DNA of 55,413 nt, the filler included, from Dirinaria sp. TL-2023a (taxonomy: Eukaryota), in NCBI GenBank assembly GCA_051941275.1. It is 4 parts of 4 records of this genome, joined end to end, with 100 filler letters (N's around TTAATTAATTAA, not from the genome) between each part and the next. Parts side by side here need not be neighbours in the genome. Positions count along the whole stretch, not along the records: positions 1 to 13,791 come from JAVEBF010000653.1; 3 more parts are not named here. The stretch is one strand, 5' to 3'. Positions 1 through 12,607 of this stretch are shown here, piece by piece. Within the stretch, counting starts at the first letter, position 1; the number at the start of each line of letters is the position of its first letter. The notes under the pieces were generated by a model, which had not been told where the DNA came from, searched no databases, and saw nothing but the letters and a program-made list of their open reading frames with translations. The translations under genes were made by a program, and so were the position numbers.

Positions 1-2957
1 GTCCTCTGCCTCTGCACAAACGCGGGCCCGACATCGAATTCCTCGCCGACGAGCCATTCGTCGTCCATATTCGTTTTCCCACCACCACCACCACCAGCAG
101 CGGGGGCGGCATGGCGATGATCGTCGTCTTTGTTGTTGGTAGCACCGCCGCCGCGACTCATTTTCTCCTTGGAATCGTCCAGGTCGTCGAGGCCGGCGAA
201 GGGGTCTTCGTCTTCCTCGATGGTGTCGGGCGACATGGGGTTCGAGCTGCCGGTGCGGTGGTGGTAGGACGGTTGGTTCGCCGCGGTCGCCGCCGTGGGC
301 GCCATTTTGAGCCAGCACATGCGCTGCGGATCGAAGACCATGCCGCCGACGACTTGGACGCCTTTGGTCGCGCCGACGTTGGCGATGAGCGCGGGCGCGG
401 CTTTGGTTTTGGTCGCGCTCGGAACGGTTGGGGACTGCGGTGTGACCGGGACGTCAAAGGGGGCCAGTGCGTTCTCGTTCCCCTCCCAGCGGAACAGTGT
501 CGGGTTCCATTGCATGCCTTTGAGGGTTTTGACTTGGTTGTGGCCGTCGCCCATGGGCTTGATCAATTTGGGTTTTTGGGGAGGCGCTTTCCCGCGTCTC
601 ACGCGCTGAGCGCTGGGCGATGCGAGGCCTTTGCTGCTGGCTTCGACACGAGCCTTCCAATTGGTGCTGATGGGGGCAAGGGGCCCGGACTCACGGACGG
701 TGGGTAATGAAGACTGAGAGTGGAGGGCTGCGCCCACAGATCCAATACGCTGTTCGCGGGCCAGACGAGAAGCATTGGTATCTCGAGCGAAGCGCGGGGT
801 GAAGTCTTGCTTGATAGGGCTGAGGGGCGTGGAAGGTGGGATGGCGGACGAAGACTCAATGGTTGAGGAGGAATTGTTAAGGTGTGAGAGACCAAGTTTG
901 CTGCGCATCTGTACGGACTTGGGGGCTCCACGGGCAATCGGCTGCTTTACGAATTTGGACTCGACAGATGCAGATGTTGGTAGATCGTCGAAGACTTCGA
1001 GCTCGTTGCCGTCACCAAAAGCTCGACGACGGGTAGGCTTAGTAATAGTACGCTTAGACGCTGCCTCCCGAGCGAGGGACTCGGGAGCCACATCTCGACG
1101 GCCTGTTGGGGTAGTTGGCCGGTGGTGGACATTCGAAAGGCGAGAAATTGGTCGGTTGAAAGGGACGTTCTCATTCGAGTCGGAGGAGTTCGGTCGATTA
1201 TTGTGTCTCGATGATTTGATGCTGATATGATGAGATTGCGCATGAGACGTCCCTGCGGGCAGGAAGGGCACCGGAGGCTTCCGAGCGCTGGCTAGGCTTG
1301 ACTCGGCGCCGGAACGGTCGATTGGCGTCTTAGGTCTGGACACCATACCTTGGCGGTGACCAAACTCGTTCCTGGATGGAGGTCGCTGGTAGCTTGGCTG
1401 GGCTCGAGCTGGAGACTGGCCAGACAAAGTCGGTTGAGAACGTTTTGGCTTGAGATGTTGAGTAGGGTTGGTGGACTCTCCTTTCAGTGCATCACGAGAA
1501 GATTTCGTGGTAAGCCCACGACGACTTGGCGTAGATGGTGCTGCGGCATGGGAAGAAGGTGTCGAAGGAGTCGGGATAGCTGATATGGAGGAATGCGCCG
1601 AGTGACCACCAATACGTGACTGTGGCCTGCGATATCCTGGGACCGGGCCCCCAGTCTCCGACACCGACTCCAATGTAGTCCGAGGACGGTCATGAGTTGG
1701 GGGTTTTGGAATTCTCGTTATCCCGGGCTGCGCTTTGTTAGTAAATGTCAACGTCGTAGCTGTCCTCTTTGGACTCGTCTGCCGTTTGGCACTGAGCTTG
1801 ATGTTTCGATTCAGAGTAAGCTTCTTTGAATCAAAAACATCTCCGTCCCCAATATCGATACCGGTAAAGAAATCATCTTTGAGCGCTGCAGCTTGTTTGA
1901 CCGGTTTTTGAGGGGAAGGCTCGGCAAGTTCTGGAGAGACGTTCTCCAACCGCTTCTTCAAAACTTCATCAAATTTGAGCGGTCCTTCTGGGAGGACTAG
2001 CCCGTCTAATCCATCATCTTCGCTCTCAGCTGTTAGACAGCTTGAAGCACTTGGACTGAAGGCTGAGCTGGGATTAGACCTGGCTTCCCTCCTTGTTCCC
2101 CCAAATCTCGTACCAAGACTGCCTTCTGCCCACTCAAGGTCAAAGTCATCTTGCTGCGATGCTGGAGTTTTAGGCTGTTCTTTGCGAGTCGAGAGTCTTA
2201 AAGGCTCGCCGTCAGGTGGAAACTCTATGTCGTTCTCCAAATCCTCTGCATCCTTGGCAGGCTTTGGTATTGCTCCTAGGTTGGCGGGCTTTTGAGGGGA
2301 ACGGTTTTTGGCCACCTTGATAGTTGGCACATCTTCGAAGAAATCTCCGTCATCATCATCTTTGAAAGTATCGAGAATACGATTGCCCACAATGGGTTTT
2401 CGGGCTGATTCCATCCGCTGCATGAAAGTCATACCAGCTGCTGGCTTTGCGGGACTGGGCGAGCTTGGAAAGTCGGCACTAAATTGTCGGATAGCATCTG
2501 GAAAGTCTTTGCTTTCAGCCTTCTTCAATTTGAGCCCGCCTTGTTCAATCTTTGGCAGCTCCAAATCTTCACCCCAATCATCTCCAAGCACCTTTTTTAA
2601 TCGCCGTCCGCCAAGTCTCTTGATGGTTCCCCCAAGAAGTGCAGATGCCGGCACATTGTTGGGAATTGGAATTCCAGCACTTTTGGCAGATGCAATGGCA
2701 TTTGTCGTCGAACTGTCATCATCTGGTAGCAAGACTTGCCAGTCTTCGTCTGCTCCGCCGGAAGACTCCCTATCCGAGCGAGTCGATATGCGCGACGAGA
2801 TCGAGTCTCTGTGGTGCGAGGCGTTTGCCGAAGCCATCGTAGTAGTTGAGACATTACGAAATTGGAGGTCGTCGACGCCTTGGAGATCAACATCATCATC
2901 CCAGCATTCAATGTCATCTGCGACAGGATGTCGAGGCTTCAGCGTTAATGGCTCCAT
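1..2957 (-). CDS. byr4: Byr4/Bfa1 cytokinesis (SIN/MEN) two-component GAP subunit; 3' end runs off the window
   Basis: ATG at 2957 gives MEPLTLKPRHPVADDIECWDDD. Family motifs read on the minus strand: FGDGNELEVFDDLPTSA (~970-1020), VGGMVFDPQRMCWLK (~305-350) and EFDVGPAFVQRQR at the window edge. Absent from the ORF track, probably because no stop is reached. Confidence 0.88.
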   Translation of the reverse strand, partial: MEPLTLKPRHPVADDIECWDDDVDLQGVDDLQFRNVSTTTMASANASHHRDSISSRISTRSDRESSGGADEDWQVLLPDDDSSTTNAIASAKSAGIPIPNNVPASALLGGTIKRLGGRRLKKVLGDDWGEDLELPKIEQGGLKLKKAESKDFPDAIRQFSADFPSSPSPAKPAAGMTFMQRMESARKPIVGNRILDTFKDDDDGDFFEDVPTIKVAKNRSPQKPANLGAIPKPAKDAEDLENDIEFPPDGEPLRLSTRKEQPKTPASQQDDFDLEWAEGSLGTRFGGTRREARSNPSSAFSPSASSCLTAESEDDGLDGLVLPEGPLKFDEVLKKRLENVSPELAEPSPQKPVKQAAALKDDFFTGIDIGDGDVFDSKKLTLNRNIKLSAKRQTSPKRTATTLTFTNKAQPGITRIPKPPTHDRPRTTLESVSETGGPVPGYRRPQSRIGGHSAHSSISAIPTPSTPSSHAAAPSTPSRRGLTTKSSRDALKGESTNPTQHLKPKRSQPTLSGQSPARAQPSYQRPPSRNEFGHRQGMVSRPKTPIDRSGAESSLASARKPPVPFLPAGTSHAQSHHISIKSSRHNNRPNSSDSNENVPFNRPISRLSNVHHRPTTPTGRRDVAPESLAREAASKRTITKPTRRRAFGDGNELEVFDDLPTSASVESKFVKQPIARGAPKSVQMRSKLGLSHLNNSSSTIESSSAIPPSTPLSPIKQDFTPRFARDTNASRLAREQRIGSVGAALHSQSSLPTVRESGPLAPISTNWKARVEASSKGLASPSAQRVRRGKAPPQKPKLIKPMGDGHNQVKTLKGMQWNPTLFRWEGNENALAPFDVPVTPQSPTVPSATKTKAAPALIANVGATKGVQVVGGMVFDPQRMCWLKMAPTAATAANQPSYHHRTGSSNPMSPDTIEEDEDPFAGLDDLDDSKEKMSRGGGATNNKDDDHRHAAPAAGGGGGGKTNMDDEWLVGEEFDVGPAFVQRQR

Positions 2958-3722
2958 TGGTGTGTATCGGAATCTCTGCACGGAAAGGGGACTGTATCAA
3001 TTGGATTTTCCTGGGTCGGTGGGCAGGTTCGTAGTCTTGAGAGTGCACTGGTTCGTCTTAAGGACCCTTCCTTATCGGAACGCTATAGCAATGAAAATTA
3101 CAAACTCATAGGTAAAGATGATTCACAAGAAGCTATGCTCGATTCAATTGACGATGCTTGAAGTCCTGCTGGTGGGGTGCTGTCCGGTTCAGCGTTCAGG
3201 AGATGTGAGATGGTTCCCGGCTGATGGCGTTGCAGTGCCTGGAATCAATTCCAGCTGCCCTACCCGGGAAGGGCAGCAGTGGCACACGAGGAGATGTGCA
3301 GAGTCGAGGCGGAGGCGCACCGAGACCGAGATACCGAAAAGTTTGAGGAGATTGCCGGAAGAAGCTGGGGTGGAAGAAGTAGTCAGCCTGTCACCCTCAG
3401 GTCTCGTCACGGTGGTTGGGTTGCCCATTTCGCGACCCAGCGCGCTAGTCTTGTCACGGCTAGCCTGGCCTCGGGCTAACTTAACGCGCCAAGACTTGAC
3501 CGAATCCCGCGTCACTGCCGGCTGGGGTCAATATTGATTTCGCTTTTCTCTCAATAGTATCCCGTACATAAGGTAAGTCACAGGTACTTACCTACACACA
3601 GGATCTACTTGTACGGGCTTCTGTTTGCTTTTCGCACAGGCATCGAATGATGTGCATTAATCTGCTTCGTCATCTCCAATACTGGACCATAGCCACAGAT
3701 TCTGCTCAACCTTTTTGCGCCC

Positions 3723-4954
3723 ATGTCTCACGAACACATTTTGAAGGTACTTCGGAGCGATGTCGAAGAAACCGAATACGTCCTTGTGAATGTTCAGAGC
3801 AATGGTCCGAAACCGTTGGATCTCAAGCTGGTCGCTACTGATGGCGACGCGCCATACATCTCAACGAGTGAGCCTCGATACCGGACTTGATTCCTGCAGC
3901 GACTGACCAAGTGACTGATCAAGCGCAGTCAAGCATTCCAAAATCTCGAAATTGCAAATCAAGAATAGTCCTATTACCGACTCAGAATGGGAATCTGTCC
4001 TGACTTCTGCCCTGGGCCTCCGGAAAGATGGTGAAAGTGTGTCACAAGCCAAATCGTTTCCGAAGATTGAGGTTGCCGCGTCGATTACTATGCCGCGGCT
4101 AACCCTCGTCTTTCGAAGGAACATATCCGGAGTTACTCAAAGATTGGGAGAAATTAGTTTACAATTGGATGAAAACCAAGAAATAGCCCTTTTTGAGTGG
4201 ACAGCCACAGCCGCCGATAAAGCCAGCGACCTTGAGACTGCACTTCGTGACCTCGATGTGAAGTATCAGGATCAGTCTAAGATATCTCAGAAGCTACGTG
4301 AACAGCTCGATGATCTCATCGAAGCGAAAAAAGAGCACGAAAAGAGGCTGTTGGAGAAGTTTCAGGCTTTGTTGAACACTAAAAAGTTGAAGATCCGTGA
4401 TCAGCAGAGACTGCTTGCAACCGCGAAAGTCGACTCGCGCAAAGGTAAGCATAGTCAGATGCTCGCATTGTCATGTACTCACGGACCGCGCAGCAGCACA
4501 GATTCGAGATGCGCGACGGTCTCAGGCTCCACGAAGACCCGAATCGTCGAGAGCTGCAAAGCGTAAGGCAAATGAGCAATCTCAGGCAGACACAGCAACG
4601 GACGAAGAGGACGAATCCGGCTTCGAGCAAATGCCTGCTAAAGGAGAGGGACTCGATTCAGGCCAAGAAACACCTTCTCGCTCTGACCCTGACATTACTG
4701 AGGATGAAGTTGGAGATGATCGGAAATCAATATCACCAGTCCGATCACCATCTGGCAAAGGGAAGTTAATGGAAAGCCGACAGGCACAAACGCCACTATC
4801 TCAACCTCCCGGCCGAATGACGCTGCCGCCACGGAGGGACTTGCCCTTCGCGAAGCAGCCTGGTGCTGAACACGAAGCAAATGCAAATCCACTGGCAGCT
4901 TCCTCGAAGATCAATCAGCAAGACGGCTCCGAAACTTCAGACGATGAATTATGA
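3723..4954 (+). CDS. XRCC4: XRCC4/Lif1-like NHEJ DNA ligase IV partner (3 exons)
   Basis: Exon 1 is MSHEHILKVLRSD...LDLKLVATDGDAPY. Introns 3868-3928 and 4445-4493 keep frame. A coiled coil carries KFQALLNTKKLKIRDQQRLL (XRCC4 ligase-IV-binding helix motif), followed by an acidic disordered tail ending ETSDDEL. Confidence 0.8.
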
Positions 4955-6109
4955 GTTATGAATTCTTTAGCAGAAGTCAAGAGGGTTCTTTCTGCAAGAT
5001 CCTTTTCCATCTCGAAAATTTTAAACCCGCTCCAATTTTGTCTCGTTTGCCAAGATGTCGAAGCTACATGTATTTACCTCAAACGGTTAGCATTGCGCTG
5101 CCGACACGCGGCCTGAACGAGTCATGCCATCTCGCAGGGTGATCTACTATTCCATCATACCTTGATCTCCCAAAGTGCTCCCGTCTTAAAATGTTCCTTC
5201 ACCAAGTTGGCTGAAACAAGGCAGGGATCGCAGTGTGAGAAGCTCGGAGCAGCTACGTCACGATGCAGGGAGGTCGAGCACGGTGTCCATAATTGCTCGC
5301 TTGAGCGTCCATCGCTCCACGTAACATCAAACAGCTCACAATTGTTCACAATTGGCTCTACGATATCCAAATACCCTTCTCCATGTCAATAAATTGCCTT
5401 AGCATTTAATGCCGCGCAATAACGGTGAGTGGTTCCGGTGGTCACTCAAACATGCAGCTACAAGACAGAGGAAGAATAGACGACCCTTCACTTACAGCTC
5501 GCTTGATCAAAAATTCTTATCTCACAGCGGAGTGTCCCCAGTGTGCCACTGAAGCAAAGATCTGAGTGGAAGTCACATTGGCTGTGTAGGTGGCTGTGCA
5601 GCCATGAGCCAAAGGTTTTTCAGGGGCCTCAAGATTTAGTGTGGCGCAGTGGTGGGTGGAAATAATTGAATCGAGCCTTCTGGTATTCCACTAAACCATG
5701 GAGAGAGCTTTGCGTACCGGATCATGCCTTTGACTTGAATACTAGTTATAAAACCCGTCAGCATTCAAGAGGATTCATCTCACCGCGAAAGCCTTCCTAA
5801 CGACTCGATTAATGCTTTGGTGCTGTATGTGTACACGAGTTCAATCTTGCAAACACCATATGACATCAGTGGCAGGCTGCGTTATAGATCGAGATGCTGG
5901 AATGACGGGATTAACCGCTCTCGCATTCGTGTTGCCGCTTTGGTTCAGCTGACTACTAGGTTTTTCCTCATGGATGCCTCGCCTCAATCGTGCCGGAAAT
6001 ATTTGTTTCCATCCACCGCAGTTCTCTTATACTATTCCTCGTTCCTAATAGCTCTTGGGTTTTCATAGTCCTACACCAGACTCTTTGCTAATCGTCAAAC
6101 CTGCACACC

Positions 6110-7248
6110 ATGCTTATCACATTCCAAAAGTCCCGCTCGCTTCACGCCTTGATATTTTTTGCAATCAGCCTCATTTTTGAAGTCTCAGCGACCGGCTACA
6201 CTTCCCTCACTGATATGTCCCAGTACTCCGATCTTCCTTCCGATGTTCAAAACTACGCGAGTGGAGTCCTTGCGGGCTATTATTATCCTGCCTGTTCATT
6301 TACTCCGACCCGGTCACAGATAACCACAGCCGCCTGCTTTAAAGCGACACCCTCGGTGGCATCCTCTCTTCTACATAATGCTTTGAAGGACCCTGAATCT
6401 TTTTGGGATCCTGATCAGCCGACAGAAGCAAGGACCTCGGTCGAAAACCTCTTCACCGACTGGTGGAATCAAGCTGCCGTCACTGCGCTTGCTGCCAGAC
6501 AAGATGGTATGTAAAGCATGTCTCTAGGTGAAACATCATGGCCCTGGACTGTTGCTTGTATGTAGGCCGGACACCGGCAACCTCCTTTTCCTTCCCGTCA
6601 ACTGCATCCACGACCATCACCTCCACTTCCACTGATTCTGTCTCTTTTTCAATAGGATTATCCGCCAGCCAATCTGGATCTCCCACCTCTTCGTCACCGA
6701 TAACTTTATCTACTACCATCCCCTCTTCCTCCAGTTCCGGCTCCTCAAAACAATCATCCGCCGGCCAATCAGGCTCGCCCACAACACATGGTGGCTGGGC
6801 CGGATTGTCTTCCGTGGCACAAGTATTCACAATTCTTGGCCCAATAATCGTCGTCATAACCTTCATTCTGGGCTTATGGTTGGAACGGCGGCGAAGGAAC
6901 AATAACCGTACTAGAGCCCAAGGCGAGCAGCAGGAGATGGAGCTTGATAATCAAGGGCATCAGGCTGTCAATGGGAGGATCAATGGCGGGATCGATGACG
7001 CCAATGCTGTTATCGGAAACCAAAACCAAACCGGTAACCATACGACCAACTTTGGGGACCACTACTACAACATGAATGACGGTGCAATCACGCGTCCGGC
7101 TCCAACGCGCATTGCACGCAAGCCAGTGCTATCTCCGCAGCGTACCACTCGAGTGGAGGAGAGATCGCTAGGGTCGAATAGCCGAACAACGGCATCTACT
7201 TCGCGCAGCCAGAGCGAACGACGAACCGACCAAGTTCGCGACATTTAG
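6110..7248 (+). CDS. Single-pass membrane protein with signal peptide, small extracellular domain and Ser/Thr stalk (Mid2/WSC-like architecture)
   Basis: Hydrophobic N-terminus (LIFFAISLIFEVSA). Intron 6507-6565 (GTATGT...TGTAG) joins two track ORFs in frame. S/T-rich stalk, then TM segment ILGPIIVVITFILGLWL followed by RRRR. Confidence 0.75.
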
Positions 7249-9497
7249 TCGTTAAACAAGGTTCGCGTTGATGCGGATGTCTGGGTGAGTGTTGGACTTG
7301 CATGTTGGCGATGCTTCCATGGCTTAATCGAGGTACTGAGAGATGGAAACTTTGGCGACGGAAGTAATGCTTGTGGGAGAGTAGGTGTAATGCATCATTT
7401 CTCAAATGCAAATATCTAACAGCATGAATGAACAAGCCAGGTTCTAATATTCTAAAGGGGACTCTGCGCTTCAATAATGAGCTTTTGTCTTATTATTACC
7501 ATCGATTGTGTCTCGATCCTAGAGCCGTTCGGCCAACTACTTCTTTCTAGCCCATAATACTGTAAATACCAATGGATACTCAGGGAAGGAAAACAATAGT
7601 TTAATGGAACCTTGATAGATGGCTTACCGCTTTCACCACACTGTTTACCGTGAGAAGGTTTTAGGAACGCGCATGCGCCTTTGTGGATGCTCCCATTTTG
7701 GGCCCCTGGCACCGTAAAGGTAGGTACGTCAATAAGCCTTTCCTCCAAGTGGCGCAATTATTCTCGGCAAGCGCGATGAGCTATTGGTTGAGTCACACCC
7801 ATGGTTAAGCAAGGGGTTACCGCCGAGCCGCTGCCTCAATCAGCTCGCTCGACAAAAATCGATGGGTAGCCTTGAAAGAAAAAAAAAAAACGAAGCGGAT
7901 TCGAACTTCTCACCCTCCTCCAAAAAGCGCAAAAGAGTAGGAAACCCGACTGCACATCGACGCCAGCACTCGAGACTACTAAGCGTGATTTTTACTCCCA
8001 ACTATCTGGAGCAGCTACATGCATCATCATTGGGATTCCTGGAAATGCTGTTGCAGTTATATTTGAAAAGTATAGCTCTTCAATAAAATCCTTTGCCTTT
8101 TTTTTCTCTCAATTTTGTTCCAGTTGAGATTGAGGAGAAACTTCTTGAATTTGAAATATGAGAGATGGGTTATTATATACAGTGTCTGCCAAGGTAGATA
8201 ACGCATCTACATATCCCCCCCTTTTTTTTTTTTTCAGACATTCCGAAAGCTTTTCGACCGAGTGGGAACCTACGCGTTGCCTTCTTCCAGAGTAAATATG
8301 CGAGTGGACGAAAATCCACCTGAAGAGTCGTCGTACGGTACGATCACTTTTCTCCTTTTTCAGTCTGTGTGCATCAAACATATTGATTACCAAATAGCGC
8401 TAGCTGCTTTGGACTGACTGTAACAGAAGACGAAGTACGAGTCAGCATATAAAATATTTTCGCCGGATAGCGATAGACTATTAATTTCGCGTCTAGCAAC
8501 TGCTCGGCGATTTTGTCGGTCGGTGAAATCTTACTTTCCTAATCAATTAGCGTTGGGCTATGGTTGATGACTTGCTTTCCCGTAAGAGTCACTCGAAAAT
8601 ATTACTCCTGCAGCTTGCGGGTAAGAAGAGAAAATGTCTGGTGAGTTCTATCAAGCTCTGTTGTACATAAGTGAGCTTTCTGTCCATATTGTATAAGTTT
8701 CAAGGGGAGATATCCTTTCAATAAGATGGCTGCTTTATAATTGTTTTTTCACTCAGTGTAGCAATGATCTTCAAAACCTTGTATCTCGTTCGCAGCCACC
8801 GATATCCAAATATCCAGTATTCTGTGTCTCACACAGGAGCAGAGATCACTGAGCAACCACAGCGTGTATCTTCTTCGATTTTCGGCCCAGAACACAGCGG
8901 CAGATCTTCGCACCAAAGCTAGCCTCTTCTCACGGCATGCTCGGTGCGATTATAAGGACTTGCGTCTATTTGAAACCGAGAGGCTGAAATCGGAGTTGCT
9001 ACCTGGCCCTCTGTACTCCGTATGGCGCGCGAGTTAAGTCAAAGGTATCTGACGCTGACCCGTCACTCGGGTAAGCTTAAGTAATCTGCTCGCTTGTCTT
9101 CGGTTGAGTTTATTTAGAAGTCTATCGTAGCTTTTTAGCAACGCTATTCACATAGCTTCGGTGAGCTCGAACCAAATGAGTTAGAGACTATGATGAAATT
9201 CTTCCATTGACGTCCAACATTAGCTACGAAATACATTTTAGCCGCAAGCGCTCTTACCTTTTCCACAGCTGAGGATATACCAAATTCCAGCCTCCGTTGG
9301 TCTGATTATCAATTGCACGCGATGCATATTCATAGAATGACGGGAAAAGATCTTGTTTCTATTCGATCAACTGAAAGATCGAGGATGAGGGTCGAGGTGC
9401 CGCATTTCTCTCCCTCAAGGTATAGAGGCAGCCATCTTTTCCCAGGATTCCCATTTCCAAGGAACATTTTCACCATTCGACTCTCGAATCTTGCAAA

Positions 9498-10645
9498 ATG
9501 CGATTCATACCTCTTCTTGTTGCACTTCTTCTGGGATTTGGTGACGGAGGTGCAGCCGTACCGACTGAAAATGTACAGCCTGACAGTAAACTCTCTGTCT
9601 ACCAGCCGCGGGCCGACAATCTGATGCGTACAATAACTCGCGATGCTTTCTGCTTTAACGTCGCTACAAGAGTTCTGACCGGATTCGAAATTCATAGCGG
9701 CCTTGCTGAGGCTGCTCGAAAGTTCGTGGAAAGCGGCCGTGAGCGAGGACAAGCAACAGCCTTGTTCGGAACCTATGTCATTAAGGTCTTTCGCGAAAAT
9801 GCCGGTGCCACACCGAATATTGACAGCGTCCAAGCTCTTTGGCAAGCAATGTATGACTATGTCAGCGATTTAGGAGGCCAGCAGGTCCCTGAACACATGC
9901 AGGGTTCGGTGGGTTCGTGGGCCGACTACGCTGCACAACTTGGGGCCAGTATCTTCGTCACAATCACCTACAACAAGCCAGGCGGCGGCCACATCGAACT
10001 CGAGCGGAACACAGCCTCCTCGAATGCCACTCAGAACGCATCAAACGCAACTCAACGAGAGACCGTCGGTGCTGATGGTGCAGTACCCATCGAAGCAATC
10101 CAAAATTTGGCGGCGAAACGTTATACCTTTACACAATCTTGCAGAGACGATGCTAGAAAGCATCATGATCTCTACGTTTTTGACCCATCGACTCTTCCTG
10201 CGCCCACGTGTCCCGCTCACCAGGGCTGTGGTGCAGACAATTGCAATGGTGTCGGCACCGGCGGGTTCGGGAGCAACACTGGACAATGCCAGGACAATTT
10301 CAAAGGCTGCCAATGTGTCGCCGACGCCACTACACCAGGCCACTGCAGCAGCACCCCCGGCAGTTGCGACAAAAGTGGATGCAACGGCAAGAAGCAGTCC
10401 GGCGGGAATAATTGGGCCTGTACCGGCGCTTTCGTCGGCTGTCCTTGCACACCACCAAAGCGCACTTGTCAAGCGAAGTAAGTTGCTGTGATTTTGGGAG
10501 TGCAATAACTTTACGCCATAGCAGCTGACAACAGTCCTACAGTATTAAATGCTCGCCAAACCGGAATCTTCCATATCGCTGTTTCACTTGTAACTGCTCT
10601 GATGGTTCGACGGTTGCTTGTCGCAATGGCAATTGTGCGGCATGA
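9498..10645 (+). CDS. Secreted Cys-rich protein with tandem six-cysteine modules and KR dibasic sites (2 exons)
   Basis: Signal peptide MRFIPLLVALLLGFGDGGAA. The track stop (10479-10481) lies inside a GTAAGT donor at 10478. Branch GCTGAC at 10524-10529 and acceptor CTACAG at 10542 add NIKCSPNRNLPYRCFTCNCSDGSTVACRNGNCAA*. Confidence 0.8.
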
Positions 10646-11644
10646 TTATCTCATGCTGGGAAAAGAAAAGGGGAGGGTTATAGTAGTGCTGCACTTTGGT
10701 TTGATATGCTGGAATTACAGCAACTCACCTCAACGACCCACGTCAAGCACTCTCTCCAGCTACCCACCGTACTACTGAGTCTGATTTTGAATGTACCGTT
10801 TTTTCATAGCCGATTCTGCGTACTCTTTCCCCTGTGTAAACTATTTCCATCGCTCTTTTGTATAACTTCGCTATCGTTTACCGAACGAGTTGCGAGCCTG
10901 TAAAATATTATCCAATACTCCAATGGTCAGGAAGCACTGAGGAAAACAATTGTTCCACGTGCAGCACGAATAGAGCCTCTCTCACTTAACGCTCAGCTGC
11001 AGCCATTCTGCGCAAGCAACAACAAGGCTGCCAAGCGAATATTCAAGATGGACGAGCTATATTAAGAGGGGGGAAAAGGGGAATCAAACAACTAAAAAGC
11101 AGCAACAACCAATCATCGTACAACAGATTAGAGCCAAATTTTCGTTGTCACCCCTCTACCGCATCGGTCAAGTTTAGAGTGATAGGAAAAAGTCCCACTG
11201 CCGCGCACACCGCCCTACTGTACCTTACCCGATACTGCCACTTTCTAACATCTTCCAAGTCATTGAACAATTTGTCTGTTTATCGATGACAGTTTTCTGA
11301 TAGATCGGTTCATCGTCGCTTCTTTAAATCGTTTTCTCTTGAAATTTGCACTTTATCTGTTGTTTATCTTTAGAGATATTGCGCTGGCTGTGTATGATAG
11401 ACTGACTGTTTTGATAAATTATTCGAGTGGTTCAAATTGATTTCAAAACAATGGTATTTTCGGGTTTGGGCTTCGCTTAATAATAGGGGGATTCGATGTT
11501 CAGAAAATTGTCTGATACAACATAATCCTGAGGTAGTCTTGACAGGTCGAGGGGTGCCAAATCGAAATGGGTGAAAACGAAATACTTGTTGACAGTGATG
11601 ACCCGTGCAGGATTTGAGCTGCATCGTGCCGAAGGATTGGAAGT

Positions 11645-11910
11645 TCGAAAGTCATGCAAGCGAAACCTCCTTCAGGTTAGAGTCCGGAGAGGAGTGGATG
11701 GGCTAGCTTGTCGTGGGGTTTGCAGGGAGCTTTGATGTGAGAAGAGTGTTAGAAAGAACAGAGGGCACTTGAGTCGCATCGAGCGATGTGCATGGCATTT
11801 CTGCATGAAGCTTTGCAATCTCGAAGTTCATGCAAGTGAAACCTCTGAACGGTTAAGGTCCCGAGCAAAGTGGTTGCGCTAGCTTTGTATGGGGTTTCCA
11901 TGAAGCTGCG
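11645..11910. repeat. Diverged direct repeat of ~90 bp with period 176
   Basis: 11645-~11735 (tcgaaagtcatgcaagcgaaacctcc...gctagcttgtcgtggggtttgca) aligns colinearly with 11821-~11910 (tcgaagttcatgcaagtgaaacctct...gctagctttgtatggggtttcca). Confidence 0.7.
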
Positions 11911-12607
11911 TTGAGAGCAGAGCCATTTTTCGATCTTTTTTTTTTTTTCGATCCCAAATGGAATTGCCAAGGTATCGCCAAGATTTATGATACCCTACGT
12001 CTCACTCAGCAATCAGTCCTCCACTTACACGTCAGTACCTAGTCTGCACCGTCACCTCTTGACGCGAATTCCGAAATTCATGTAAAGGAAACCTCAAGGC
12101 GGAGTGAACTCCCGAAGGATAGCGGGATAGCATGAATTTGGTTGGCCCTCTTCGTTAGGCTTACTGTCGAGATCATACGGCAAACCGCAAGGCTGAGTGC
12201 AAAAGCTTATCATTCCTGTGACTGACCGAGATAGGATGTTTTCGACGGCTGGTTTTTGTGGAAAAAAGAAAGCAGGTCTATTGAATTGCAAATTGCAAGG
12301 CCTCTATCCATTTGGCAGTGTCCATTTTCCCCAATGCTGGTCCAAGGGCAGCATGTGGTATCCGCTCAGAGCAGATACCATGCCAACTCCAAACCATGGG
12401 CGACTTGAGATTTCAAGTCTGCAAGGCTTTTCTTCGTGTCCCTCGCCCGTGTCACCTTCCATTTATGGCATTCTGCATGGCTTTCTCAGACACGGTTGAT
12501 CTATTTTGCTCCGAAGCCCTTTCAGTGACTTTAGTATCCTTTCTTGTAAATCTCGTTTTGTGTCTGTGTAAAGTATGCCTTCAATATATTCTTCAGCAAA
12601 ACGCTTC

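Noticed and set aside
111..3537. Plus-strand ORFs (198, 151, 267, 139 aa) and similar antisense ORFs over other genes (e.g. 54048-54929, 36501-37109)
   Set aside because: Shadow frames of real genes on the opposite strand, or promoter-region ORFs, with no motifs.
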